Shown here in pieces: positions 38,223 through 51,629 of a DNA stretch of 64,000 nucleotides. Numbering within the stretch: position 1 is the stretch's first letter; every line of letters starts with the position of its first letter. The translations under genes and the position numbers were made by a program. This DNA comes from Isurus oxyrinchus (Eukaryota): assembly GCA_026770705.1 (NCBI GenBank), contig JANJGN010000026.1, positions 32,798,001 through 32,862,000 of the forward strand, in the 5' to 3' direction. The notes under the pieces are model-generated. The model did no database searches, was not told the origin of the DNA, and saw only the letters and a program-made list of their open reading frames with translations.

Positions 38223-41200
38223 CTGTGAACAAAAGAAAAGTCACTCACAAACTTAACGTTATTAAGACATTATTAAAAAAATGATGAGTTAAAGAAACTG
38301 ACACAATATCAACTGCAACGGGGCTGCAACTGAAAACAGGCCTTTGAGGGAATTTCTGTTCGTGACGATGAGGATGGACAAAAGGCGGATCAATCAGGGT
38401 CTGATTTCCAGAGTAAGACTGGTTGCCGAGCCCAGGATCCTCAATGGTGGGGAGAGGAGAAGGAGGAGAAGGGAAAGCTTTACATTCACCTCATACCGCG
38501 GGAGACTGATGGGTGACATTCGCACCGATTGCGCTGTTATGGGATGTCATTATCTGACGGAACTCACGGTGCCACTGAGCGATTGGTAGTTTCTCAAACC
38601 AGAGACCACTTGAACTGTCACAGCTCACGAATTTCTCTGCGTCCGGTGTATCAACGGGTTACACCGTTTCATAAGATTTGTTCTTTGTTGTCCCACCATC
38701 CACGTGCTGAATCTCTGAAAGAGTTAGCCATTTACTCTTAATTATCGGCCTGTGGCCTGCAAGTTTTGCCTTCTTAAATTCCCTTTTACTGGACAAATAT
38801 TTATCCATTTTCTCTTTAAATAATACTTCAAAATTCTGCCTCCATCACTGTTTCTCATGGACAATCATATCTTCTAACAGTGCACTGCTCAAACTACATA
38901 AATAATCGACCCTCAATAACCGGAAACTACGGCATCCAGTTACCCACTGAGCTAAAAGCCGGATTAGCGCTTTTTCTTTCTAACCTTTTAAAACGTTCCT
39001 GGATTGGACATAAGTCTGTCAGACCAGTTCTTAACATTCCCTCTCATGGTGAAAAGATCGCCAGTAGCTCAAGTATTTGTATTATCATCCCTCGCCTTGC
39101 TTTATCTTTCTCAGTCAGTCCTACACTCTGATTTTCAGGTTAACACCAAGCGAAAGAGGAGATCTGAAACTGGCCCAAGTGTTTGAACTGCGTTCTCAGC
39201 AATGATAAGTGCAGCTTTATCCTTGTCTTTTTGTGTTCTACATTCCACATCCCTGTTTACAACCTCGGATTATTTAGCTCTTTAAAGCAATCAGCAGCTT
39301 GTTCCCCACGTTCAGCATCTGAATCCTGAATTATTTCTCGCCCTCTACTCGTTTAGATTAATATTTATTTTTTAGTTCCTTTCGCATTTCATCTAATTTA
39401 CATTTTGTGGGGGGTTTTTTGTATGAAACAGACAGAAATGTTTGGTTGCACTTTAGACCATTACCTCATTTGATCTTCTGACGTTCACTAATTGTCCTTT
39501 CTCTCCTCTATTTGCAGGAAGAAAACCAGAATTGGGCAGACGCGTCACCTACTGTTTTTTCGGGTAAATTTAGTTTGTCGAATCTGTCAAACTCGATATC
39601 AATTCGTGAAATGTCCTATTTTTAAAATTTACTTTACTGTGGAGGGATTAGCTGCTACGTGACGCACTTGGCTGAACATGGTTGGAAATATTGTAGATAT
39701 TGCATTTTTATCTATTTCATTTGAAGAGAGAGTAAATGATGCAAATGATGTTTAACTAACAATAAAAACATACATCTTCGGTATCCTCGGGCGTTGATGG
39801 TAATTCTGGTTCTTATTGTCCATCTGCAACTGAACGCTCCAACGTCTGGACATCCCTACGTGACACTTCAAAAATGTCGCCTGCCTTGTTTGGTGTATCT
39901 CGCTGAACACATGCCCCATGTGGGCAGAGAATTCAGTAGGGAAGTGAACAATACCAATGGGATGTTTAACATCCAGCCAACAAGGACACAAGTCAGAGGA
40001 AGTCCTGAATGAAAAGTAGAAAGGCGTAGTCAGACCTTACTCCATGAACACCGTTTTTAGTTACCGCTGCCATGTACGAATGAGGTTATGGAAGATTGGA
40101 TGTAGTGCAGAGGTGATGCAGGAGGCTGATTCTTCAGTTTGAAGAGGTTGAGTTGAGAGGGAAAACAAAGCCAGTTTTTTTCAGCACTGTTACCGACTGA
40201 TTGTTGGTCGCACTAAGAGTGAAAGCCGGAAGAACTGGCCGTCGCTCTAAATGACAGAATCCAAATCCAAATTAAGATGGGACAAAAGGCTGCCTCGTCC
40301 GCCAGTACCTTATGACTTTGGAATTGGGTCTACGGCAGTGTTAAGGCCAAAATCACGAATGAGCCTCTAGTGCACTTTACGAATTAAAACAACAGCAACC
40401 TCTTTTGTGGTGACCGACTGTGGCTATCTCTCTGAGCGCGCTTATGTGTAAATGTGTGTTTATCTGTCTGCATCTGTGCGGGTTTCCAGTGTTCCCGGTG
40501 AGGCTTGTGCTGTCCAGCGGAGGGCGCTCTCTCATCACTTGATAACGATCAGGATCCCCAGCTACAGGAAGTGGCTGTTCAGCGAGATTGAAATAGAAGA
40601 AATTCCCACTTATCTGCTTTGATCTCGGCGACATTTCAGTTTTATTTCCCCCAGGCGATTAAAGTTTCTGATTCTGGAGCTCAGGCTGGCACCACGGAAG
40701 TGAATTTCTGCCTATTTTTGGTTATTACCCTGACCACTGGTCTGTGATATTGGGACTTCTCTACAATATTCCCCCATAATTTTTTAACTTCCCAACTCCA
40801 GCCCGAGGTGATTACTTCGTCAAACTCGTCGTGTGTCCTCTGTTTATTATCAGAGATGGGTAACGGGCATTCAGTGTCTGATCCAAAACCAGAAGTCGCG
40901 GCAGAAGAGTACCCGAGAATTTATATAGAAACTACAGGAGAAAATACGTCCTGATCCTATCGGGATTCTCTAGCTAAAATCGCCATTTTCAGAATAAGGA
41001 AAAGTGTAATTTCTCACTCGTTTTTAGTTACGGTCAAGTTCGGATATTTCAAACCATAGTTTTAGCAGAGACCTGTAGATTTCGGAATGAATAAAAGAAT
41101 CAGTTTCTGCACGAGTTAGTTTTTGGGTGTGCTGCAAAGACTTCAGGTGATATTTCAAAAGGTCTCTCACCAGTGCACAGTCATGTTCACTTAATCGTGC

Positions 41201-41819
41201 CCCTCATCTCCTCCCGCTTTGACTGGTATTGGAGATCATTAGCTGTGGCAATGCTGACAGAGAATCAGAACCATGACCATTATTTTCTGCTTCAAATGTC
41301 AGCGAATAGAGAGGGTGGGGGATGGGATCAGGGGATAGAGAGAGAGGGGCAGAAAGAAAAACTACGTGTTAACAGACAGAATAAGACTGCGATAAAGGGA
41401 GAAGCATTGAAAGAAATATGCTGAGAGAAAGATTCAAGAGAAACCCAGCTGGTAAGCAAAATGAGTGAAAGCACGACAGATGGAAAGATGGGAAGTGAGG
41501 GAGAAGAGAGATAGATAGAGAGAGAGAGCGATGGGGAGGGAGGGAAGGGGATGGGGAGAGAGAGCTGCAACCATAAAGTCAAAGGGAGATAGAGGAGGTG
41601 TTAACTAGATGGATTGACACCGAAGCATCGACAGACACAGAGAGAGTGAGAGACAAACAGACAGACAGAGTCTCACTCACGCAGCTAGGCAAGGAGAAGT
41701 TTGGGCTGGAGACATCAATAATTGGCCCACAACTAGCAGTGGTTGGCGAATATTTGTAGGTGGTTCTGAGAGACCAGCCAACCTTGACAAAGAGAAAAGC
41801 CCCAGAAACTGAACTGGAC

Positions 41820-42420
41820 TAGCCATATAAATACAATGGCTACAAGAGCAGGTCAGAGGCTCGGAATTCTGCGGCGAGTAATCCAACTCCAGGCTCCCCA
41901 AAGTCTGCACACCATTTAGAAGTCACAAGTCAAAAGTGAGATCGAATACTCCCCACTTGCCTGGATAAGGGCTGCTCCCACAACACTCAAGAAGCTTGAC
42001 ACTGTTCAAGACAAAGTAGCCCGCTTGATTGGCACCACATGCACAAACATTCACTACCTCCACTACCGACGCACTGTGTCACATCTACAAGATGCGTTGC
42101 AGAAATTCCCCAAGGCTCATTCGACAACCCTTTCCAAATCCACGACCACTGCCAACTAGAAGGACAAGGGCAGCAGATTGAAGGGAACGCCACCACCTGG
42201 AAATTTCCCTCCAAGTCACTCGCCACCCTGACTTGGAAATATATCGCCGTTCCCTTATTGTCGCTGGGTCAAAACCCTGGAATACCCTGCCTAACAGCAC
42301 AATGGGCGTACCTACAACACATGGACTGCAGTGGTTCCAGAAGACAGCTCATCATCACCTTCTCAAGGACAAGTAGGGATGTGTAATAAAGGCGGACGCA
42401 GCCAGTGCCACCACATGCCA
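41820..42420 (+). mobile_element. LINE 3' fragment (RT C-terminus and 3' UTR); related copy ~46820-47140
   Basis: EYSPLAW...LKKLDTVQDK..RLIG translation and CAGCTCA.CA.CACCTTCTCAAG...AATAAA tail. Confidence 0.7.
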
Positions 42421-42623
42421 TGAAAGGATAGAAATTTTTTTCACAAAAAACATATACCCCTTTCTCTGAATGTACTCTTTAATGTCAGGTCATGTTCTCC
42501 CCATATTTGTTATTGATAAGAATAGACGTGCTGCCTGTTGAATCTATGTTTAAATGACCAGTTTCTGTTCAATTGGATATATTTACTCGCAAGGTTCTGA
42601 AACCTTTTGCGTTTTTGTTACAG

Positions 42624-42920
42624 GAATGAGCAGCAAAGATTTAGTGGCTCATGAACCGCCAAAATTAACGGTTCAAGAAGGATAGACCCTGATATTAGCT
42701 GCAGATGCTCCACGTTCTGTGGTAATTCCTATCTCTACTGATATGTTCAGTATCCTGGGGCAGTTCCGCGATATTTAATGAAGAGGACAAGGGACAGAGA
42801 GATAAGTCTCCAGATATCCTCGACCTGTTCTCTGCTGTTTTGGGCAGACAAAAAACCTGACCCTGAGCAGTTCCCGGTTCTCTAGTCTCTGTCTCTACCG
42901 TTTATCACTATGCGCCGAGC
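42624..42920 (+). pseudogene. TCR V pseudogene
   Basis: GMSSKDLVAHEPPKLTVQEG*.../SYLY*YVQYPGAVPRYLM...STVYHYAPS. Degenerate RSS CTCGGTG-23-ACAACAACC (42921-42959). Confidence 0.75.
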
Positions 42921-43501
42921 CTCGGTGTTGGAGACGCGCTGACAGGCCCTACAACAACCGACAGAGAACTCTCACTTTTTTTTCATTGAATCAATTATGG
43001 CCCTGAATTGTTAACTGTTAACGGAACAAGTTAACAGTTAACCAAGTTAAAGACTAGTTTTGTGAAATTTCTGTGTTGCAGACCCCATTATTGCAGTGTG
43101 TTGCAGACTCCATCTGTTTAATATTCCTCTTAATATCAGCTGTGCGAATTTCCCATGGTCAGTGAGCAGCTCTTTTAATGCGAGTCTCGGACATTGGTGG
43201 ACAACATTAACTATTTCCCCTCACTACCACCACTTCACACTGACTCTGCGGGAGACCCAGAATTCAGTTCAATCCTTGGTACAGTCCCCTTGGAGGGGAT
43301 GAAGACTTCGCTGATTCGCTTGCACCACGCTCTGACGCAAACAAAATGCGTGAAGCTGATTTGACATCAATTGTCCAGACTTTCAGAAATTAACCAATGG
43401 CTGAAGAGACCGAGTACAAATAAAAATCTTCCCAACCTTTCGCGGAAACATTTACAGATTCAACCTGTTCTGTTTCAATCCGCCATTAGCTCGCTGTAAA
43501 T

Positions 43502-43553
43502 ATGTTGGGTTTCATATTTTATTCATTTCTCACAGTTGCAGCTCGCTTACCCG
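43502..43553 (+). CDS. Leader exon of intact TCR V-alpha
   Basis: MLGFIFYSFLTVAARLP+G, donor GTAAGT. Upstream TGACGCA (43333), TGACATCA (43362) and CCAAT (43394). Confidence 0.88.
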
Positions 43554-43709
43554 GTAAGTCTACTAGTTTTAGGATTTTCCTCTTGCAGGTATCATTAATT
43601 TTTTTTTAATTCGGTCTTATTCCTATTTAGAATATGTTCCCTCACTTAACCTAATAAACTGGGATAAAGTAATAAAATCTTAAAGTGCCTTAATTTTTAA
43701 TTTCTGCAG

Positions 43710-44016
43710 GTGTTAGTACTGCAGATTCGGTCTCACAGTGGCCAGATGCAGCGATGCAGTTTGAAGGAGACTCAGTGACCATTCATTTCAGCTATTCCAC
43801 CATTGCTACTGCATATTCCTTACAGTTGTATCGTCAGCACCGGGGTAATGCTCCCGCATTCTTAATCTACATCCTGAATTACGGCAATATTTTCAGGGCA
43901 AAGGACGTACGGACTCGATTTTCTGGATCTCTCGACACTTCGAAAAGTGAGGGGAATTTCACCATCCGTGACCTGCGGCTGTCTGACAGCGCGGTATATT
44001 ACTGCGGGCTGGGAGA
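43710..44016 (+). CDS. TCR V-alpha segment, open frame, lacking canonical Cys23 and Trp41
   Basis: GVSTADSVSQWPDAAMQFEGDSVTIHFSYSTIATAYSLQLYRQHRGNAPAFLIYILNYG...GNFTIRDLRLSDSAVYYCGLG. Intact splice sites. Confidence 0.9.
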
Positions 44017-44055
44017 CACAGTGACAGGCGCAAGAGGGAGACCCGTACAAAAACT
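44017..44055 (+). promoter_or_regulatory. 23-RSS
   Basis: CACAGTG - 23 nt - ACAAAAACT. Confidence 0.95.
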
Positions 44056-44629
44056 GTGCTGCAATATTTCAAAGTGAATTGAGTAGCGGAATATGTAGCG
44101 ATATACAGGGAATGCACATTCTTCTCCAAGTAAAGCCAAAAGACAACTCCCATCAACTCTGAGTAGGTGAGTTTGAATGCAGAATTTATTCGTTCCATAA
44201 TTCAGCAGGAGAAGCCCTGCGCATGTCTTTTTGGTAACCCGGCCTGTTAATGTCTAATACATAGGAAGTTTCTCCTGTTTATTGCCCGTGTATTTTCACG
44301 CTCTATTTAGTGTGACACTAACGCAGGAATTACAAGTTAAGATCTACTGGTTGCGTTAACGCAGTAGAATGTTGATCAAACCCGACTTCATCCCAGTCAA
44401 CAAGCTCAGTCTAATCTGTGATAATGAGTGAAATAACTGAAAATCTCCATCCGCATTCACACCCCTGTATTTCTTTCTTTGAGAAGAACCTTCATGCTGG
44501 TTCATTAAAGTTCACACTGTCTCTCAGGTCAATTAGAGATCAAGCTGAGTACACTTACCCGTCTTTCTCTCTGATCAGCAGAATGCGACGTTGAAGTCTC
44601 AGTTCTCTGTAATAAAGACTTTCACCATG

Positions 44630-44790
44630 TGGTGACGGAAATAACATCAGTCCAATCAGATCCAGTGATCTCAGCTTCTCCAGTCGTATATTCTGCAGGA
44701 AGTGACATCAGACCAGCCTCAGCCAATGCTGTCAGACTATTCTTGTTCGATACTCTGCAGGTTTCTGAGACACAAAAGGTCCCTTGAATT
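44630..44790 (+). promoter_or_regulatory. V promoter: CCAAT, ETS-CRE composite CAGGAAGTGACATCA (44696-44710), CCAAT
   Basis: Conserved with paralog at ~60405-60560 (composite at 60472-60486). Confidence 0.65.
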
Positions 44791-44805
44791 CCCGGAGCAG
44801 CAGCA

Positions 44806-45597
44806 ATGCGAGTCTCCGTCCTCGCTGTGATCTGGGTGACATTCACTGCCTATGAGGAGTTTAACACTTTTAAAAGGGTTTAATTTTCGAAGGAATTAAT
44901 TTAAAAATAAGGGCGTTCATGTTAAAAGTGCAGCATGTCTTGGTTAGAGCACACTTGAGCTATTGTGAGCTATTCTGACCTCTTCCTCACAAGAGGAATA
45001 TAATGAGGCATAGATACAATTCAGCAAGGCATTACAGTGATGATGCCAGGTTTGAGAGGTAAAGAAAACACTGCACAGACTGGCATCCTTTCCTATATTA
45101 AAGAGAAGACAGATAGGTAACCAAACAGAGTTCTTTTAGTGAGGATGGAGTTTGAAAGGGTAGACATGGGGATGTTTCCACTTGTGCTTAATTCAAAACG
45201 TTTGGATATAATTATAAGTGACCAAAAGATCCAACATGGAGTTCAGGAGAAATTAATTTATCGAGAGATGGGATGGAATATGTAAATCACTATCACCAGC
45301 AGGGACTGAGGCGAACTGAAGCATTTAAGGGACATGGAGGGTGAATGGAATAGGAGGATATGCCGAGAGAGTGAGATAAAGAGGGATAGGCTCGTTGGAA
45401 GTGTAAACACCGAAATATTGAAGAAGGTGCCATTTTATGTGGTGTAGTTTGTAGATCATTTAATGTAGCATTGTTTGCGAAATTTCACAGTTAGTTCATT
45501 TCCAATGAACTTTTAATCTCTAATTTCTGCTTTCTTTAACCTTATGTTGCAGATCTGAGCGATGGAGATTCTGTTATTCAGCGGGAATCCTCAATCT
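44806..45597 (+). pseudogene. Truncated TCR V (leader plus first ~14 codons of V exon), paralog of the 60.6-kb V
   Basis: Leader MRVSVLAVIWVTFTA with donor lost. Exon at 45553 reads DLSDGDSVIQRESSI, then homology stops. Confidence 0.8.
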
Positions 45598-45819
45598 GCA
45601 GTTTGTTCTCTCGGTCGCTGCTGGAAACTGTTGGGTGACTGTTTGATCCAAGATGAATGTAGTTTCGTCTCAGTGTGTGTTTGTGCGGCTGACAGCACCT
45701 CTGAACATTGTGGTTGCATCTGCCCGAGATTCTACACATAAACTCAAATAGACAGGAGCCCCGAGTCACAGTTCAAAGACAGTTTGTGCACAGGTGTGAG
45801 ACTGTTTTCCATCGCTATG

Positions 45820-46266
45820 AGTTTGAGAGAGCAGCAATACACGGCAGCGTCAGTCAACTGCAGACCCAAGATGGTTAAACTAGTGAATTTCGTGGAGGTC
45901 TGGAGCTCGACTGAGAAAAGGATTTGGGCAAAATCTGTTTTTTCATCATAACCGTTCGTGGATTTCAGCAACAGTAACTGGAGCTGGGCGCCTGGATGTT
46001 GCCTGTATAAGTATAACCAATAGCTGCTTTGTGTCGTATGATAGCTGCAGCTTAAAGTCACTGCTTCTCCTTTTGCCTTTGCATCTGAGGACAGCTGCCC
46101 TTACAGAATTTCCATGAATTAGATCTGAACAACATGCTGAAGCAGAAAAAAATCAGGCCATTTAAAAGGTGTGTGGGAAATGAGAAAAATAAAAATGAAA
46201 TGTGTGTATTTCACAATTACCTGTCACAAATGCTCCCCACACAACCCAAATGCTGAGTAACCTCAC
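45820..46266 (-). pseudogene. TCR V-alpha pseudogene (leader 46221-46266, V exon 45820-46124)
   Basis: Start ATG->GTG (xRLLSIWVVWGAFVT), 1-nt frameshift in FR1, then VTLSCSY...LYLYRQHPG...LQLTDAAVYCCSL. RSS CATAGCG-23-GCACAAACT (45781-45819). Confidence 0.88.
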
Positions 46267-49200
46267 TGTCGCTGTCCGCTCTGTAAAAGGGGAGTTGGAT
46301 ATTTGATGACACCCATTTTAAACCCTACCCTCAATAATCTGTTTTCGTGCCTCAGGATGTTCTCACCTCACTTCCTTCTGTCCCCAGTGGTGCTCTGAGA
46401 ACCTAGGTGTTGAGCTGGTCCTCAGTGAATGTAAACGGCCCGAGCTGGGCTACGGCCAGTGTCTTTATAGGGGGAATGGCTCAACTTTAGAGGCCAAGGG
46501 TGGTGTCCTGGCTCTCAGTGAATTTAAACACCCAGAGCTGGGCGATATTCACTGTCCTTATAGGGGGAATGGCTCAGTTTTAGAGACCGGCAAAGAGTGG
46601 CTTTTTATTGTAACCGGGGATCAAAAGACTCATCTGACCAGAAGGAGAGTCGGAACAGTGACTCTGCAGAGATTTCCCTCAAGCATCAGTTAACTAATAA
46701 GCTAAGAGCGATTCCGTGTTTTGTCTCACTGATTTTGAGATCCGTGACATTATAACAAAGATATCTGTTGTTACTGAACAAGTAATTGCACAAAACTGGA
46801 TAAACAAACCTAAAGGGTTCAACAAGGCTCCTTCGATATCAACTTCCAAACCCACGACCACTCCCACTTAGAAGGACAAGGGCATCAGATAGATGGGAAC
46901 ACCACCACCTGGAATTTCCTCTCCGAGTCACTCACCATCCTGACTTGGAAATACATCGCTATTCCTTCACTATCGCTGGGTCAAAATCCTGGAACTCCCT
47001 CCCTAACAGCAATGTGGGTGTGCCTACATGGACTGCATCAGTTCCAGAAGTCAGCTCACCACCACCTTCTCAAGAGCAAATAGGGATGGACAATAAATGC
47101 TGACCCAGCCAGTGAAGCCCACATCCCGTGAATGAATGACAAAAAACCAGCTCCCCCTCTAATTTAAACAACATTCCGAGAACTGACACCTGATGCAGTT
47201 TATACTTAAAACTTTGTTCAAACTCAGTGGTTGATTCTGCCCATCTTTGTGCAAGTAAAGTTATATTTATGCATCCATAACCTTCAGATTTCGGACTTGT
47301 AAATCGAGAGAAAAGAGATTGTGTCACATCGACTCTGTGCAGCCATTTACAGAGGTCAGAACGCTTCGAGCGGGTAAAAGCTCCCAGTGTGAAGTGCAGG
47401 ATGACTACTCATTAAAAAAGTACGTAACACCCACAGTGCATGAAAAACTGTCCTGGCAACTGTCAATCAGATTAGAAAAATATGTGGTGCAAAGAGAAGC
47501 AAAATAAAAGGGTTTTGAATTGCCTTTCGCTCTTTTAACCCAGTGATTAGCATTAGAATTTAACCCATTGATACGACTTTCTGAGAATCATTAAGGAAGA
47601 GCTGCTGTGGGGATAGAAATTGAGTTAGATTACTGACTGTGACTGATGTACATTAAGAATTAAACTCTGGATATCCCGCCCTCACCATGGACCTGTGTTA
47701 ATGCAAGGCAAACATGCAAAATTTTCAACAGCTCCATTTTCCAACCCAGTCTTCTTCGGCTAGGATAGCCACATGAAGATGAAAAGGTGAATGTCCCAAT
47801 TGGATACATCATATTTCAGGACAATGGTTGAAATCATAAAATCATGGAGCATCTACAGCACAGAGGAAGGCCATTCATCCCAAGTTATCCGTGCCAACCC
47901 TTTGTGAGAGCAGCTAAGCCAGAATCATTGCTTTTCCCCCATAGCCCTGCAAATCGTTTCTGGAATTCTAGCAAGATCAGTTGTCTGGAAAATCTTTTCT
48001 TATCGATTCACTTTTTGATGTTTTAATTTTCCAGAGATCAACTAACGTGGCAGCCTCCTATCTGTTTGATCGCCAGCATCGAATCAGGTGGCCGACGTGT
48101 TTCTCACCGACACCTCCGATATTCGGGCTGGTTGCAGTTTTCAAATGTCATAAGCGATTGGTGACAATTCACTTTGGTGGTGCAGTCAGGTCCTCTCAAT
48201 CTGCCCGAAACCAACCTTCACCCACTGCGGCTCTGTGTTGAAATCTGCCCAGACAAAGTGGATCTACACCTACTTTTCTAGTGGAAGGTGACTGGACTGA
48301 GCAGTGAGTCAGAAAGTCCAACTTTTAAGGCACTGGGGACTACCGAATTCAATGGCGACGTCAGCGTTTCTGCTGCCGGTGAATGAATTCACCCAGCCGA
48401 AGGGGGCGGAGGGGTTGGGGTGGTGGGCGGGGGAGGGGGGGACGCTGGTGGGGGTGGGGGAGTAATGCGGGGAATAGAAACAATTAATGCAGCTGAAACA
48501 AACTAGAAAACTGCCTCAAGTATGGAACAGTAAGAAAGTAGAATGGAGAACATGCAGACGTGCCTGTGTTGCTTTCATAACTGCAGATGAATGTGAAAGA
48601 GATCCAAGAGTCGAGAGGGTTCTGATTTGCAGGGAATGCAGTCGAGAATCCCTTGCATACTGGCAGTAAGAGATATCTTTTCATGATACCTTGACATTGG
48701 CAGGGTCAAAAGGATATCATATCTATCGTCACTGTTTAATTGCAGCATTTACCTGTGCAGCACATGGACCAAACAGGCGCGAGGAAGTTGTTTCAATAAT
48801 AATATGCACATTGAAAATGATGCAAGCTCCACATCTCTATGAGAACCATGTTAGTCCCAGGATCGCGAAATGAATTGCAATGTTATTATTTAGCTGCAAA
48901 TACCTTCACCACTGAACTCGGGTTGAAGTGTGCCGGTGAAAGTAGATTTTGAATGACAGAGAAATTCCAACCCAATCCGAATTGTAATTCCTAATGGCAA
49001 ATGTATTTAATTCCAAACTGTCAGCTTGAGGTAACTATCTTATTTGTAATCAAGTAAGGTGTGAAATTATTAACATTAGCAAAGATAGAATATTTTGAAT
49101 TCAAATCGAAGGACTGAAAATAATTTTTTATGTGAATTTAGATGGAAGCAAATGCCAGTCAGCATTCCTTGGGACAATATGACCTTTGGTAGACACAGCG

Positions 49201-49530
49201 ACCCGCAGCGCCACCTGGTAGCCTGGTTTAAATGATCACCTTTGAGAGGATCACACAGATCATTGCTCACGATTTGTGTTCTCTCCATTTCCGTTATTCG
49301 GTCTGATTCAGGATAACGAAACGAACGGCCCTCCCACCTTCTAACAAAGCTGAGCTAGAATCTCCCTTACACTTCACTTCGTGAGGTGAAGTCCCAGAAG
49401 CCTGCTTCTAGCGGGCACAGTGTTCTGGTGTTCCTAAAGGTTGATGCAGAGCAGCACTGTGTTCTCCAGAAGCAGCTACCCTGACCTGGATCTGCCGACA
49501 GTTAATTTACCCAAGTTGATAGGACACGAC

Positions 49531-50357
49531 ATGAAGCTAAGCCTCCTTTTATTGGTGGCCTCTCTGGATTTCGCACTCACTCCTCCACATGAGTGTGGCA
49601 CACATCATTAGATACAATATGACTATACTATCATATATATTGCAATATATATTACCACAATATAATATATATTATTCGTTTATGGGCTGTAGGCGTCTCT
49701 CTCTGGGCTACCATTTATTGCCTACCCCTCCCTGTGTGACCTTGTTCAGGGGGCATTTAAGAGTCAACCACATTGCTGTAAGACTGGAGTCACATGTTGG
49801 CCAGGCCAAGTAAGGATGGCAGATTTCCTGCCCTAAAGAGCGTAAATGAACCAGATGGGTTTTTATGACAACCGACAGTGGTTGCATCGTCATATTCTCA
49901 GATTTGTACTGAATTCAAATTTCACCATTTGCCGGGGTTCTAAAAAATTTATATGTATATTTATATAGAAATAAAACTATGCTACATTCTGATGGATTGA
50001 GTTTTCCTCTATTCTATCAACTTGTCTTTTGTTATTTTGTATTTTATTTTTGTATGTTATTTGAAATTGGGTAATATTTTACTAATTATGTGACATTATG
50101 TCTAATGCAACTGGCAGTGATGGATTATGACAGTCAGCGGTTGTTGCAGAAGGGGACATTGACCTGTTCTACCACAGTAGCAGGGCGAATCCTACTCTGG
50201 TACAGACGATATCCGGACTGAACAATGCAGTACCTGGCAAGAAGTACCAGCGATCGTAACCGGATCAAGGCTTGGCCCAGTTTAGCAAAGTGAAGTGCGC
50301 TGAATGTTAGCAACACTTCAGTGATAGACACTGCCATCTATTTCTCTTCCTTTGAGA
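49531..50357 (+). pseudogene. Degenerate TCR V pseudogene (probable leader at 49531, V exon ~50105-50357)
   Basis: MKLSLLLLVASLDF, then TLTCSTTVAGRILLWYRRYPD*TMQYLA...LNVSNTSVIDTAIYF. RSS CACAATG-23-AGAAAAGCC (50358-50396). Confidence 0.75.
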
Positions 50358-51110
50358 CACAATGTGTCACCTAGCAGTGAGGATCATAGAAAAGCCTTCT
50401 GAGGGAGAGGGTGACAGCTTGTAGCCTCTGCCCTCATCAAGGAACTGGGAGTTTGATAACAATTACCCTGGAAAAGGACCCTCAGTCCCCTAATAAGAGA
50501 ATCCTGCTCTGATCAGAGCTAAAGCTATAAGATCAGACGAGAAGGGTCAACATCCGTTTAATCTTAGTTTATTTCCTGTCAAAATCGAAATCAGACGCCA
50601 TGTGTTCCCCACATTCCTTTCTGAAAATACATTCTATGTTTAAATAATCATTGGGTATTTCATGTTTAAGTCTAGTCCTAGACTTTGGCACAGTTTATGC
50701 TTTGTTACAGGCACGAGGGAGAGAGAGAGAGAGTGAGACTCCCTGCATCCCACTGGGTTAACGGTCTGGAAGAAAAGGTAGCAATGTTAGGCTGCAGTTA
50801 CTGCAAATCTGATAAATTTCTCTAGCTCTGCTGATGCATTAATATTCAGGGCGGGCTCCGAGATATTGACTGAGGACATGTAACTCGAGATATTGAGCTT
50901 GATCTCAATATTTCCATACAGGTTCCCTGTTGCCGTGGACAAGAACTAAAAGAGTAATGCAACTGTTTGAGAAACAAACCTGTCATCTTTCTTCGTGGGC
51001 TTTCTTGGGATCAAAGTCCTCGTCGGTAAAAGCGCAAAAGAGCACTTAACGGTGTTCTAAATAGTCACTAAGGTATTTGTACGGCGTCTTGGCTGTTATC
51101 TGACGCTGTG

Positions 51111-51629
51111 CCTCACTGCACAGTAATACGCCGCTCTGTCCTCCACACTGAGGCCGCTTATATTGAGGTAACCAGATTTTGTAGACCTGTCAGCAGCTGC
51201 CAGATATTATCCTGCGATTTCGTCTTCTTTCAGCACTACTGTTCTGCTAATTATCCAACCTGGAGGCTGTGCCGGCTTCTGCCGATACCATTGCATGTAG
51301 TCAATATCCAGGGTTTTATATTCGCAATGTAACTGCACAGAACCCCCAGCTGATACTGTTGTTGTCAGCGGAGACTGAGTCACTGGATCTGCAAGTAGTC
51401 CACCTATGGAGGTAGAGGAATAAAAAAATACGAGGTTAAATTTAAACCTGTGTCTATCTCTACGAATGTGCAAATTCCCACCTCCCTAGCTGTCTATAAT
51501 ATGTCTGTACCTGATCGCTAACCGCATTAAATCCTAGTGCAAACTCTTTGCATCAATCTGCTAATCTGCCTTGATCAACATAATCCAGTACTTACTGCCC
51601 AACAGAGCGGCCAGTATTATCAGAAACAT
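51111..51629 (-). pseudogene. TCR V with a single nonsense codon (leader 51596-51629, V exon 51111-51403)
   Basis: MFLIILAALLG/SGLLADPVTQSP...QLHCEY...QWYRQKPAQPP...EIAG*YLAAADRSTKSGYLNISGLSVEDRAAYYCAVR. RSS CACAGCG-23-ACAAATACC (51072-51110). Confidence 0.9.

Noticed and set aside
39740-39990. PEDT...FYC-like translation on - strand
   Set aside because: Too degenerate, with no recognisable FR2 or RSS.
47319-47460. CHIDSVQ... peptide followed by CACAGTG (47432-47438) as a possible V remnant
   Set aside because: No WYRQ or YYC motif and no nonamer at 12 or 23 nt.
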